64,000 nt of DNA from Pseudomonadota bacterium (GTDB lineage: Bacteria; Myxococcota; JACRCW01; JAFGSX01), in assembly GCA_043821645.1 (NCBI GenBank), contig JBDRCO010000094.1, positions 1 through 64,000 on the forward strand, written 5' to 3'. This document shows positions 19,567-28,294 of the stretch, in pieces; position 1 is the first letter of the stretch, and each line of letters starts with the position of its first letter. The notes beneath the pieces are model-generated. The model worked only from the letters and a program-made list of their open reading frames with translations. It was not told the DNA's origin and did no database searches. Made by a program: the position numbers and the translations under genes.

Positions 19567-20166
19567 ATGCGAGGTCGTTACCACCATGTCTTGCTGCTGA
19601 TCCCGGCCCTGCTGCTGGCGGCCTGCGCCAGTGATGATGGGGCGGAGAAGAAGGGCGGGCCCGCTCCCAGCGACGACGCCCCCGACGCCGTGACCTCGGT
19701 GGACGGGCTGGAACGCCGGGCTTATGACCTCAACCGCGACGACAAGCCCGACGTCTACAAGTACTTCAAGGTCACAGCAGACGACGAGATCCTGGTGCGC
19801 AAGGAGTACGATCTCAACCTCGACGCCAAGATCGACGTGTGGCGCTTTTACAACGACAAGGGCGAGATGATCCGGGAGGACATGGACTACGACTTCGATG
19901 GCCACATCGACGCCGAGAACTACTACGACACCGGCGTGCTGCAGAAACAGGCCATGGATCTCAACTTCGACGGCAAGCCCGATCTGTTCAAGTACTTCGA
20001 CAAGGGTGCGATCGCGCGGCTCGAGGCCGATACCAACAACGATGGCAAGACCGATTACTGGGAATACTACGAGAAGGGCACGCTGGATCGCATCGGCATT
20101 GACCGTGATGGCGACGGCACCGTCGACGACTGGAAGCGCAACACCGACGAGGAAGCTGCCGGATAG
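19567..20166 (+). CDS. Lipoprotein with six Dx[DN]xDG-type repeats (putative Ca-binding)
   Basis: GGAGG RBS, lipobox 'LLAAC'; DLNRDDKPD, DLNLDAKID, DYDFDGHID, DLNFDGKPD, DTNNDGKTD, DRDGDGTVD. Confidence 0.8.
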   Translation: MRGRYHHVLLLIPALLLAACASDDGAEKKGGPAPSDDAPDAVTSVDGLERRAYDLNRDDKPDVYKYFKVTADDEILVRKEYDLNLDAKIDVWRFYNDKGEMIREDMDYDFDGHIDAENYYDTGVLQKQAMDLNFDGKPDLFKYFDKGAIARLEADTNNDGKTDYWEYYEKGTLDRIGIDRDGDGTVDDWKRNTDEEAAG

Positions 20167-20226
20167 CCTGCCTGACTGGGGATCTGTCGACCGCCTCCTC
20201 CGCCCGTCCTGCTCCTGCGCTTGTGC

Positions 20227-20964
20227 TCAGGTCTCGGGAACCACCAGCGCGAACAGCCCCTCGCTCGAGCTGATCTTGGTCCGCTGGTCCTCGGCGGTCG
20301 CGCGGTCCTCGAAACGGCCCACCCGCACGCGGTACCAGGTGCCGCGGCCCTCGATGTCGCTGGTGGCGATGCGCACCTGATAGCCCTTGCTCTGCAAACG
20401 ACGACGCAGGGTCGAGGCGCTGGTCTCGTCGGGGAAGGCTCCCACCTGCAGGGAGAAGTGGGACACCTCGAGCGCGGGCGCTGCCTCCTCGGTGTTCTGC
20501 GCACTGTCGGCTTCGGCGGCCGGTGCCTGACCGAGGTCGACGGCGTCGCGTGCAGTGTCCTGCGCGGCTGCTGCGACCTGGGTCTCGCTGGCCTCTGCCA
20601 CTGCGACGGCGTGCTCCGGAGTGCCGGGGGGGGTCGGCGCGGCCACTGTCACCGGGGTCGTCGCGGGTGCCGGGTGCGCCTTGGCAACCCGGGCGGGTCC
20701 GGTGAGAGAGTCGTGGAACGACAGCTCGGTGCGCTCGCGCGCCCTCACCTCGCGCAGCCGCGTGGCCTGGCTGTCCAGGGTTCGCAGCACGTTGCTGTCG
20801 GTGGCGGCGGCCTCGGCAGGGGTGCGCTCAAGCCCCACGTTGATGCCGAGCACGAAGGCCATCAGGCCAGCTCCCAGGCTGGCCAGCACGACCACCACCA
20901 GGGTGCGGTTCTGCGGAGCCTCGGCGGTGCGCTCCCGGCGGGAAATCTGGCGCCTGCTGTTCAT
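20227..20964 (-). CDS. SPOR domain protein (FtsN/DedD-like)
   Basis: ATG 20964 overlaps argS stop; TM, Ala/Pro linker, 'FSLQVGAF...WYRVRVGRF'. Confidence 0.88.
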   Translation of the reverse strand: MNSRRQISRRERTAEAPQNRTLVVVVLASLGAGLMAFVLGINVGLERTPAEAAATDSNVLRTLDSQATRLREVRARERTELSFHDSLTGPARVAKAHPAPATTPVTVAAPTPPGTPEHAVAVAEASETQVAAAAQDTARDAVDLGQAPAAEADSAQNTEEAAPALEVSHFSLQVGAFPDETSASTLRRRLQSKGYQVRIATSDIEGRGTWYRVRVGRFEDRATAEDQRTKISSSEGLFALVVPET

Positions 20965-22748
20965 CCCGTCACCTCTTGGTCTTCGTCCTGGACCACGGCA
21001 TCCATCTGCTCTGGTGCTGCAACTCCCAGCACCTCGAGCGCGTTGCGCAGGACCTGGCGCAGGGCATTGACCAGCCCCAGGCGGGCCTGGGTCTTCTGGG
21101 TGTCGTCGGAGAGAATGCGCTCGGTGCGCTTGTAGCGGGTGTAGTAGGCGTGGAAATCGCGGATCAGATCCTCGATGTAGTAGACCACGCGGTGAGGTTC
21201 CCTGCTCTCGGCGGAAGACGCGATGATATCGCCGTACGCCGCCATCTTGCGCAGCAGCCCGAGCTCCTCGGGCAGGGTCAGGCAGGCCGCCGTGTCGGCG
21301 TCGTAGCCCTTGTACTTCACGCCAGAGTCGGTGGCGCGGCGGAACACGGCGCAGACCCGGGCGTGGCCGTACTGCACGTAGAACACGGGGTTGTCGAGGC
21401 CGCGGGAGGCCGCGACGTCGAGGTCGAAATCGAACTGGGCACCCGGCGCGCGCATCAGGAAGAAGAAGCGCGTGGCGTCGTGACCCGCTGCCGCCATGAG
21501 GTCGGAGAGCAGCTCGATGTTGCCCGCGCGCTTGCTGATGCGCACCTCCTCGCCGCCGCGGATCAGGCGCACGATCTGGGTCAGCACGAACTCGAGCCGC
21601 GCGGGATCCTCTCCCATGGCTGCCAGGCCAGCCTTGAGTGTGTTGGTGTGCGAGAAGTGATCGGCGCCAAAGACGTCGATGCACAGGTCGTAGCCCCGGT
21701 GCAGCTTCGCGCGGTGGTAGGCCAGGTCCGCCGTCAGGTAGACCGGCCGCCCGTCGCTGCGCAGCACGATGCGGTCGTCGCTGTCTCCGAAGGCCGACAG
21801 CCGAGCAAAGGTGCCACCCTGCTGGGCTCCCGCGTGCTTCGCGGCCTTGGATTCCTCGCGCCTGACCTTGTCACCCACCGCCTCGGAGCGCTCGGCCAGG
21901 TAGGAATTGCCCTGGGCGGCCAGGACCTCCACCACACCGCGCACCTCTCCAGAAGCGTGCAGGGACGACTCGCGCGTCCAGACATCGAACACCACACCCA
22001 GGGCCTGAAGGTCGGCCTGGATGCTATCGAGGTTGGCCTGCATGCCCTGTTGCCGGAACAGGTCCATCCAGGCGTCGGGCTCGGCGTCGAGGAAGCGATC
22101 TCCGTGGGCGTCGACCAGCGTGCGCGCGATGTCCCGCACGTACTCGGCAGGATAGGCATCGGTCGGAAACTCGACGCTGCGGCCGTGCAGCTCCTGGTAG
22201 CGCAGATGCAGCGAACGCGCCAGGGTGTCGACCTGGTTGCCGTGGTCGTTGATGTAGTACTCGCGGGTGACCTGGTAGCCCGCGGCGGCGAGCAGGCGCG
22301 TGAGAGCGTCGCCGACCACCGCGCCGCGGCCGTGGCCGACGTGCAGCGGACCCGTGGGGTTGGCGCTCACGTACTCGACGTTGATGTGTCCCCGGCTCCC
22401 GGGCTCGCCGCAGCCAAAGCGCGCACCGGCGGCCTCGATGTCGCCGATGACCCCTTGCCACAGCCTCGACGACAAGCGGACGTTGATGAAGCCCGGTCCC
22501 GCGATCTCGGTGCCCTCCACGATGCCCCCGCTGTCGTCGAGGGCATCGATGATGGCCTGGGCGAGATCCCGAGGCTTCTGGCGGGCTGGCTTGGCCAGTA
22601 CCAGGGCGGCGTTCACCGCGAAGTCACCATGCTCGGGGTTCTTGGGCGCGTCGACCGTGAACCGTGGCAGGGACTCGACCTGCAACACACCACGGCTGCG
22701 CAGGGTCTCGAGAGCCTCCGTGAAAAGATCTATCACCTTCTGCCGCAT
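20961..22748 (-). CDS. argS: Arginine--tRNA ligase
   Basis: 'VEYVSANPTGPLHVGHGR','YYINDHGNQ','NPVFYVQYGHAR'; start could be 22760. Confidence 0.97.
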   Translation of the reverse strand: MRQKVIDLFTEALETLRSRGVLQVESLPRFTVDAPKNPEHGDFAVNAALVLAKPARQKPRDLAQAIIDALDDSGGIVEGTEIAGPGFINVRLSSRLWQGVIGDIEAAGARFGCGEPGSRGHINVEYVSANPTGPLHVGHGRGAVVGDALTRLLAAAGYQVTREYYINDHGNQVDTLARSLHLRYQELHGRSVEFPTDAYPAEYVRDIARTLVDAHGDRFLDAEPDAWMDLFRQQGMQANLDSIQADLQALGVVFDVWTRESSLHASGEVRGVVEVLAAQGNSYLAERSEAVGDKVRREESKAAKHAGAQQGGTFARLSAFGDSDDRIVLRSDGRPVYLTADLAYHRAKLHRGYDLCIDVFGADHFSHTNTLKAGLAAMGEDPARLEFVLTQIVRLIRGGEEVRISKRAGNIELLSDLMAAAGHDATRFFFLMRAPGAQFDFDLDVAASRGLDNPVFYVQYGHARVCAVFRRATDSGVKYKGYDADTAACLTLPEELGLLRKMAAYGDIIASSAESREPHRVVYYIEDLIRDFHAYYTRYKRTERILSDDTQKTQARLGLVNALRQVLRNALEVLGVAAPEQMDAVVQDEDQEVTG

Positions 22749-22826
22749 GTCCGGTCCCATCCGGTGGTCCAGGACGCCGTGTGGCGCCTTTGTGCGCCGC
22801 GTGCCGCCGTCGTGCCACCTTGTAGC

Positions 22827-22854
22827 AGTGTAAATGGGAGCACCCTCAAGTCAA
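22827..22854 (-). promoter_or_regulatory. Sigma-70-like promoter for argS (TTGACT-N16-TACACT)
   Basis: Near-consensus hexamers read on minus strand in an AT-rich patch. Confidence 0.6.
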
Positions 22855-22937
22855 TTTTATGACCACGGGGTGCCTCGTTTTCTCGTCGTGGAAAAGCCTG
22901 AAAACGGGAGGAACGTTCGGGCCAGGATCGCCAGGCG

Positions 22938-23360
22938 CTAGCGTCCAAAGATCAACACCTTGACCCCTGCAGCGAACACCACCTCGGCCTTGTTGCCACT
23001 CTTGACGGCGGAGACCACACCCACGCCGAAGCTGGGATGACGCACGATGTCGGTCTTGGCCAGCGCCATCTTGGAGCTGTAGTCGCGAGCGTCGGCAGTG
23101 GAACGATCGCCGAGCAAGGTCTGGTACTGCGAGGTCACGGCACGGGTGCGCGGTCTCGGCTGCGCGTCGTCGCGATCGCGTCGTGCCCGCGGCACCTTCT
23201 CCCCGGCGGGCGCGCGGAAGGCATGCTCGTTCTTGCAGGTGTTGCAGCGGACGCGCTTGATCTGGCTACCCAGCTTGGCGATGACCGTGTGCGCCAGGTC
23301 CAGCTGGCACCGCGAGCACCAGGTATCGACGTCGCGTCCCAGATCAGGAGTCGTTGCCAT
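22938..23360 (-). CDS. Zn-ribbon protein with C-terminal Tudor-like (PcrA/UvrD-CTD-like) domain
   Basis: CSRC...H...CNTC..EH; 'DIVRHPSFGVGVV...KAEVVF..GVKVL'. Confidence 0.75.
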   Translation of the reverse strand: MATTPDLGRDVDTWCSRCQLDLAHTVIAKLGSQIKRVRCNTCKNEHAFRAPAGEKVPRARRDRDDAQPRPRTRAVTSQYQTLLGDRSTADARDYSSKMALAKTDIVRHPSFGVGVVSAVKSGNKAEVVFAAGVKVLIFGR

Positions 23361-23548
23361 GTCAGACCTCGCGTCCGGCGCCCTGCAGGCCGTCGTCAGG
23401 GAGCGAAGGACCTAGCGGATTTGAACGGGTCCGGCAAGCCGCGCCTGGAGGCCCGTGGGATCTCTGACAGACAGGCCCGGGGTTGCCACGGGCCAGTACC
23501 CCGCACTACGCTGCCAGCTTCGGGCGCGCGAACGAAAGGAAACACCGC

Positions 23549-24328
23549 ATGGGTATCCTCGACCGCATCAGCACGGTGGTGAAGGCCAACGTCAACGACC
23601 TGATCAGCAAGGCTGAGAACCCCGAGAAGGTGCTCGACCAGGCCATCCTCGACATGGAGTCCGATCACAAGAAGGCCAAGGCACAGATCATCGACAGTCT
23701 GGCCATGCAGAAACAGGCCGAGATCAAGCTCACACGACTGCGCGAGGACACGTCGAGCTGGGAGAAAAAGGCCATGGCCGCGGTACAGGCGGGCAACGAC
23801 GAACTGGCCCGCGAGGCCCTGCTGCAGAAGAACAAAATCGATACCGATATCGCCGAGTACGAGAGTTCGGTCGCCTCTCAGGCCAGCTACGTCACCGAGC
23901 TCAAAAGCTCGATCACAGCACTCGAGGCCAAGATCACCGAGGCCAAGCAAAAACGCGATCAGCTGATCAAGCGCTTCAAGCAGGCCCAGGCGGCCCAGCA
24001 GCGCGCCAAGCAGGTCGAAGCAGCCTCTGGAGCCGCGCGACCGGACCCGCTGTCGGCCACCTCGGCCTTCGATACCTTTGACCGCATGGTGGACAAGATC
24101 GAGGGCATCGAAAGTCACGTCGAAGCACAGCGCGAGCTCATGGGAGGAGAGATCGCAGCGGCCGAGACCGGGGCCAAGCTCGAGGAGCTGTCCGTCGACG
24201 AGCAGCTCCGTCAACTCAAGAACAAGCAGTCCGGTGGTCAGACCGCCGCTGCGCCGGCCCCACCCGCCGTACCGGATCCGGTCGAGGACCAGCTCGCTGC
24301 GCTCAAACGCAAGCTGCAGGGGGGGTGA
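23549..24328 (+). CDS. pspA: PspA/IM30 family protein
   Basis: ATG 23549 with AAGGA RBS; 'MGILDRI...KANVNDLISKAENPEKVLDQAI.DM','G.DELAREAL','AF..FDRM.DKI'. Confidence 0.93.
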   Translation: MGILDRISTVVKANVNDLISKAENPEKVLDQAILDMESDHKKAKAQIIDSLAMQKQAEIKLTRLREDTSSWEKKAMAAVQAGNDELAREALLQKNKIDTDIAEYESSVASQASYVTELKSSITALEAKITEAKQKRDQLIKRFKQAQAAQQRAKQVEAASGAARPDPLSATSAFDTFDRMVDKIEGIESHVEAQRELMGGEIAAAETGAKLEELSVDEQLRQLKNKQSGGQTAAAPAPPAVPDPVEDQLAALKRKLQGG

Positions 24329-25198
24329 TCAGGGCGCGCGTCGACGGGGTCCGCCACGCCGCGCGGCCAGGGCATCCCAGCCCAGGCCATGCCCCGAGCG
24401 CTTGCTGCGCGACATGGTCAGGCGGTAGGCCGCCAGCTCAGGCACCCCGGCGGCAGCGCCGAGTTCCTTCATGATGTGATCCAGGGACTGCCGGGTCAGG
24501 GCCTGGCCTTGCCCGTCGACGAAGAGCGGGCTGTGCAGGTTGGGCCGCTCACGGCCAAGATCCAGCAACACACGCGCGATCGAGGAGGGCACGGCGAATT
24601 CCCAGTGCTGGTTGCCGCGGTCAACGCGCCATTGCTGTCCGGTGTCGTCGAGCCTGGCCAGGTCCGCCACGGTCAGCGAGCACACCAGGCGAGGACTCAT
24701 CTCCGACAGCAGCAGCAGGCCGACGACGGCCACCTCCTGCGGCAGGCCTCTATCGCGCACGGTCTCGAGCACGGACAGGGATTCTTCGATATCGAGGTAG
24801 CGCGCTCCCTGGCCACGCCGAAGTCCACGGTAGGGCCCCGTCTCTGAGCGGTAGGCCTCTGGGGGGGCGCCGGAATAGGTCAGGAACGCGCGCGCCGCCG
24901 TGGTCCGACGCAGGTTGCCGCTGTTCCCCGGATCCGCGATCTCCAGCGCCGCGTAGTAGCGCGTCACGATGGCATCGGCCTTCTCGCCGGCCAGGGGTGG
25001 CGCGGTGTTGAGCCAGTCCAGGAACTCGGCCACATTGCGCAGGTACAGGCGGCGGGTGGTGGCGCTCTTTCCGCGCTGGAGCAGCCAGTCCTCGAAACCC
25101 TTCTTGAGCTCGTCGACATTGCGGGGCCGAGGTGGCGCCGGCACCGCCCCCGGTTCCGGGAGCAGCACCGTGTCTGGCGTGTGGCGCAGTCTGGTCAT
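24329..25198 (-). CDS. Tyrosine recombinase (XerC/D-like) homologue lacking catalytic residues
   Basis: SAM-like core-binding domain ('F..WL..RGKS.TT...Y...V.EFL.WL'); degenerate box I 'LLLLSEMSPRLVCSLTVADL', 'PLFV...G..LTRQ', box II 'AYRLTMS'; ends before the Tyr. Confidence 0.7.
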   Translation of the reverse strand: MTRLRHTPDTVLLPEPGAVPAPPRPRNVDELKKGFEDWLLQRGKSATTRRLYLRNVAEFLDWLNTAPPLAGEKADAIVTRYYAALEIADPGNSGNLRRTTAARAFLTYSGAPPEAYRSETGPYRGLRRGQGARYLDIEESLSVLETVRDRGLPQEVAVVGLLLLSEMSPRLVCSLTVADLARLDDTGQQWRVDRGNQHWEFAVPSSIARVLLDLGRERPNLHSPLFVDGQGQALTRQSLDHIMKELGAAAGVPELAAYRLTMSRSKRSGHGLGWDALAARRGGPRRRAP

Positions 25199-25968
25199 TT
25201 CGTGGGCGCTGCCTTGCTCGGCGCGGAGGCCGGGGCCGGCCCACCCATCATCCTGGCATTGAGGGGACTGTCGACCAGCTTGTAGTCCTTGGGCACCGCA
25301 AACTCGCTGGCCGGGATGCTGCGCTTCTGGGCCAGCTTGACCTCCTGGGTCAGCACCACGTGCTGGCCATTGACGTCGAAGGTGGCCGCACTGAGCACCG
25401 GATAGCCAGGCAGCGCTGCGATCTCGTCATAGAAGCGCTCGAGCTCGGGGGTGCTCCTGGCCATGGCGCCGCGCAGGGTCTGCACGAAGTCCTTCTGGTT
25501 GAGGCCCACTCCCTCGGCGAACCAGATCGACACCTTGCCGTTGTTGGGGAGCTGGGTTGCGACATTGACCTCGTAGGCCTGCCAGCGCCCGATGGTGCGC
25601 CTGTTCTTGGTCTTCTGAAAAACGTTGCGCGGCACGGTCAGGCTGCCGTCCGGATTGCGGACGACCCCGAAGGCCTGCAATGAGGCCTGGGTCATCATCT
25701 GGTAGACCTCGGGTGGAACCTCCCAGTAGGTCTTCTGAGCGTCCTGCACCACCAGGACCTTCTGCGTCTTGAGGTCGATGAGAAAGGTGAAGTCAGCGGC
25801 GCTCAGGGTCTTCTTGACCCGATCACCCTCGTACCAGCTCTTGATCACCATGGTCTGCGGAGGCGCGCCGGTGATGCCACTCACCCGCTGCTCTTCCTCG
25901 AGGTAGGTGCCAGCCAGGGCTGTGGCCCCGATCAGACAGGTGGCAAGGATCAGCAGCGCACGTTTCAT
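25195..25968 (-). CDS. Secreted DUF4412-like protein
   Basis: ATG 25968; signal peptide 'ALA'; 'KTYWE','TIGRWQA..','G.PV','SEFAVP.DYK'. Confidence 0.75.
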   Translation of the reverse strand: MKRALLILATCLIGATALAGTYLEEEQRVSGITGAPPQTMVIKSWYEGDRVKKTLSAADFTFLIDLKTQKVLVVQDAQKTYWEVPPEVYQMMTQASLQAFGVVRNPDGSLTVPRNVFQKTKNRRTIGRWQAYEVNVATQLPNNGKVSIWFAEGVGLNQKDFVQTLRGAMARSTPELERFYDEIAALPGYPVLSAATFDVNGQHVVLTQEVKLAQKRSIPASEFAVPKDYKLVDSPLNARMMGGPAPASAPSKAAPTK

Positions 25969-26097
25969 GAGCCAGCCCTCTGCAGTGCCCCGACGACGTG
26001 TCGGGAACGACGGGCAGAGCCTAGCGAGTCGCTGACCCGGCGGCAACAGCGCGACGCAGAAGGTGTGTGATCGCCGTGCTGTCGATGAAGTGGAGTC

Positions 26098-26772
26098 CTA
26101 GAGCTGCGCCAGGGCCCGGCTGGCGAGATGAAGCATCGTCGACAGGGCCGGCACGCCCTGCCCCAGCCCGAGCAGGTAGGCCGCGCCACCGGTCATCATG
26201 CCCAGGAGCAGCGACGCCGCCAGGGCACTCACGGGAATGCGTGGGCGCCGCCGGGGCGTGGGCATGCTCAGATGCTGCTTTCGCGCCAGGGTCTCGAGGT
26301 GGTGCTGGGTGGTCTGGTCGAGCAGGATGATGCCGCTCTTGAGCGTGGGGTCCGGGAAGTAGCCGCTGCCGTCAGACAGCAGCGCGGCGCGATCAAAGGC
26401 GTCCAGGGTCGCGGACGCACCCTCCAGCTCGGCCCGCATCACGGCCTCGTACAGCCAGCGCAGCTCGCTGGCCTCAATCACGCGCTGCCAGCCCTTCCAG
26501 CCCAGGCGCCACACCAGGCTGCGCGCATCCACCACGCCCTCCCGCGCCAGCAGCAGCAGCTCCTTGGCCCCGAGCGGGCCGCGCGGCTGCCTGTCCACGG
26601 CCACGAAGTAGGCGGCACCGGCACCGCCGAGCGGAACCAGGGGCGGCGCGTCGGGTCCGACGACGAACATGATGCCGTCGCAGTGCCGGCAGCGGACCTT
26701 GACGCGGCGTCCTCGCACCTTGTCGTCCGGGATCTCGTAGCGGGTGTGGCAGTGCTCGCAGGTGTGTCGCAT
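26098..26772 (-). CDS. Zinc-ribbon (MJ0042-type) + GYF_2 domain membrane protein (GltJ/AgmX-like N-terminus)
   Basis: ATG 26772 with AGGAG RBS; 'CEHC.TRY.IPDDKV.G..VKVRCRHC'; 'GPL..ELL......VDARSLVWR.GW.GW'; C-terminal TM. Confidence 0.8.
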   Translation of the reverse strand: MRHTCEHCHTRYEIPDDKVRGRRVKVRCRHCDGIMFVVGPDAPPLVPLGGAGAAYFVAVDRQPRGPLGAKELLLLAREGVVDARSLVWRLGWKGWQRVIEASELRWLYEAVMRAELEGASATLDAFDRAALLSDGSGYFPDPTLKSGIILLDQTTQHHLETLARKQHLSMPTPRRRPRIPVSALAASLLLGMMTGGAAYLLGLGQGVPALSTMLHLASRALAQL

Positions 26773-26884
26773 GGGCTGTCTCCTGGTGGCTCCAGGCGGC
26801 GCCGCGTGGCGCCGCACGTCCCCACGTTGGTACACCCGGTCCTGCTCACCTCCAAATTTTCGGCCACGAAACCTGTCTCGGCCC

Positions 26885-26917
26885 AAAAGAAACGGCGGGC
26901 ACAGGGCCCGCCGTTTC
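26885..26917 (-). terminator. Rho-independent terminator after the 380-aa T3SS-filament-like gene
   Basis: Perfect 12-bp stem GAAACGGCGGGC/GCCCGCCGTTTC, 5-nt loop, TTTT follows on minus strand. Confidence 0.8.
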
Positions 26918-26940
26918 GCGCAATCTCGTCGACGATGGGA

Positions 26941-28083
26941 CTAGCGCAGGTTGCGCACTGCCGCCATCTGCATGTCGTGCATGCTCTTCATCACGTTCGA
27001 GAGCATCTCGTACATCTTCTTCAGGTCTTCCATCAGCTTCTGCATCTGCATCTGCTTGAGGGCGTCCGAGGTCTTGTTCGGGTCACCGAAGTTGCCTTCC
27101 TTGCCACCCTCGGCTCCGCCCGCGCCACCGGCCGCGCCACCCGCGCCACCTGCACCACCCGCGCCACCCGCGCCACCTGCGCCTTCAGCGCCCTTGCCAT
27201 CCTTGGCGGACAGCTCGTTCATCTTGCCCAGGATCTCCTTCTCCTTCTTGCGGGCGTACTTCATCATCATGAGGAACAGCATGTCCTCGAAGCTCAGCGG
27301 CGGGGTCATCCCCATGCCCTCGGCCAGCTTGGCCGTCTCCGGGTCGCTGAGCAGGGCCGAGTCACTGGTGCCACTGGCACCGTCGGCACCGCCTGCACCG
27401 CCGCTCTGACCCACGCCACCGGCGCCGCCCGAGGTGGCACCGCCCTTGGTCATCTGCTCGGCCAGGTTCTTGATGTTCTGCTCGAAGCGCGACAGGCCGT
27501 GGTACAGCCCCGACAGCATCGGGTTGCCAGCGATCGGGCCCGAGAAGGGCACCGGACCGAAGTGCGGGCGGAAGCGCTCGACCGTGATCTTGCCGTCAGC
27601 CCGGCCGTCCGGGATGATGCGGCCACCGAGCACGCGCTCCATGTGGGCCTTGAAGGCCGGGTTGGTCAGGATCTGGCGCTCCATGCTGCGGCCAATGGCC
27701 TTACCAAAGAAGCCCTTGCCGCCCAGCCGCTCGCGGCTGATGTTGGTGTCGCCGAAGGGCCCGTGGAAGGTCTTGCCCCAGAGCTGACGGCCCTTGCCGA
27801 GCGACGCGTGCGGGCGCGGAAGGAAGTGCGAACCCGGCAGGCCCTTGCCGAACAGCTTGTCCATCTGGCCCGAGTTCATGCCCGAGGTCAGGTCCTGCAT
27901 GTTGCGGGCGTAGCCAGCCCAGTCGCCCTTCGCGGCGTCCATCTGCGCGCCGATCATGTCACCAAGCTGATCAGGCAGGCCCAGGGCGTCGAGCATGCGA
28001 TTGACCTGCATGCCCTCCGAGCCCTCGAACAACCTGTTCAGCCCCATTCCGCTGCCTGCTCCTCCGATGGGTAGAAACGACAT
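26941..28083 (-). CDS. Gly/Met-rich protein with T3SS needle/filament-like C-terminal helix
   Basis: GAGGAG RBS; no signal peptide; ends 'MYEMLSNVMKSMHDMQMAAVRNLR'. Confidence 0.75.
   Translation of the reverse strand: MSFLPIGGAGSGMGLNRLFEGSEGMQVNRMLDALGLPDQLGDMIGAQMDAAKGDWAGYARNMQDLTSGMNSGQMDKLFGKGLPGSHFLPRPHASLGKGRQLWGKTFHGPFGDTNISRERLGGKGFFGKAIGRSMERQILTNPAFKAHMERVLGGRIIPDGRADGKITVERFRPHFGPVPFSGPIAGNPMLSGLYHGLSRFEQNIKNLAEQMTKGGATSGGAGGVGQSGGAGGADGASGTSDSALLSDPETAKLAEGMGMTPPLSFEDMLFLMMMKYARKKEKEILGKMNELSAKDGKGAEGAGGAGGAGGAGGAGGAAGGAGGAEGGKEGNFGDPNKTSDALKQMQMQKLMEDLKKMYEMLSNVMKSMHDMQMAAVRNLR
27110..27190 (-). repeat. Low-complexity 9-bp (Gly-Ala-Gly)n coding repeat
   Basis: Tandem imperfect CGCGCCACC units encoding GAGGAGGAGG... 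Confidence 0.7.
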
Positions 28084-28152
28084 TGCCTTCTCCTCTTCCC
28101 CTCACGCGGGGACCCGGGTTGGTGCGGCACTCGAGCCGCGAATCACGAAACA

Positions 28153-28179
28153 ATATCGGTTTTGCGACAGGCGGTGTTG
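28153..28179 (-). promoter_or_regulatory. Sigma-28 (FliA/WhiG)-like promoter CAAC-N15-ACCGATAT
   Basis: Spacing matches TAAA-N15-GCCGATAA; about 70 nt upstream of ATG 28083. Confidence 0.45.
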
Positions 28180-28294
28180 CCTGCTGAAAACAAACGCGCG
28201 GGAAGAATAATATTTCTGTTAATTTACATAGAGATACAAATACTCGACCGCAGCACCCATAGCACTGATCGAGAGCCAGGGATCCGACGACAGC

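Noticed and set aside
24329-25198. Integrase as marker of a prophage or genomic island
   Set aside because: Catalytic residues absent; no tRNA/att repeat, phage genes or composition shift nearby
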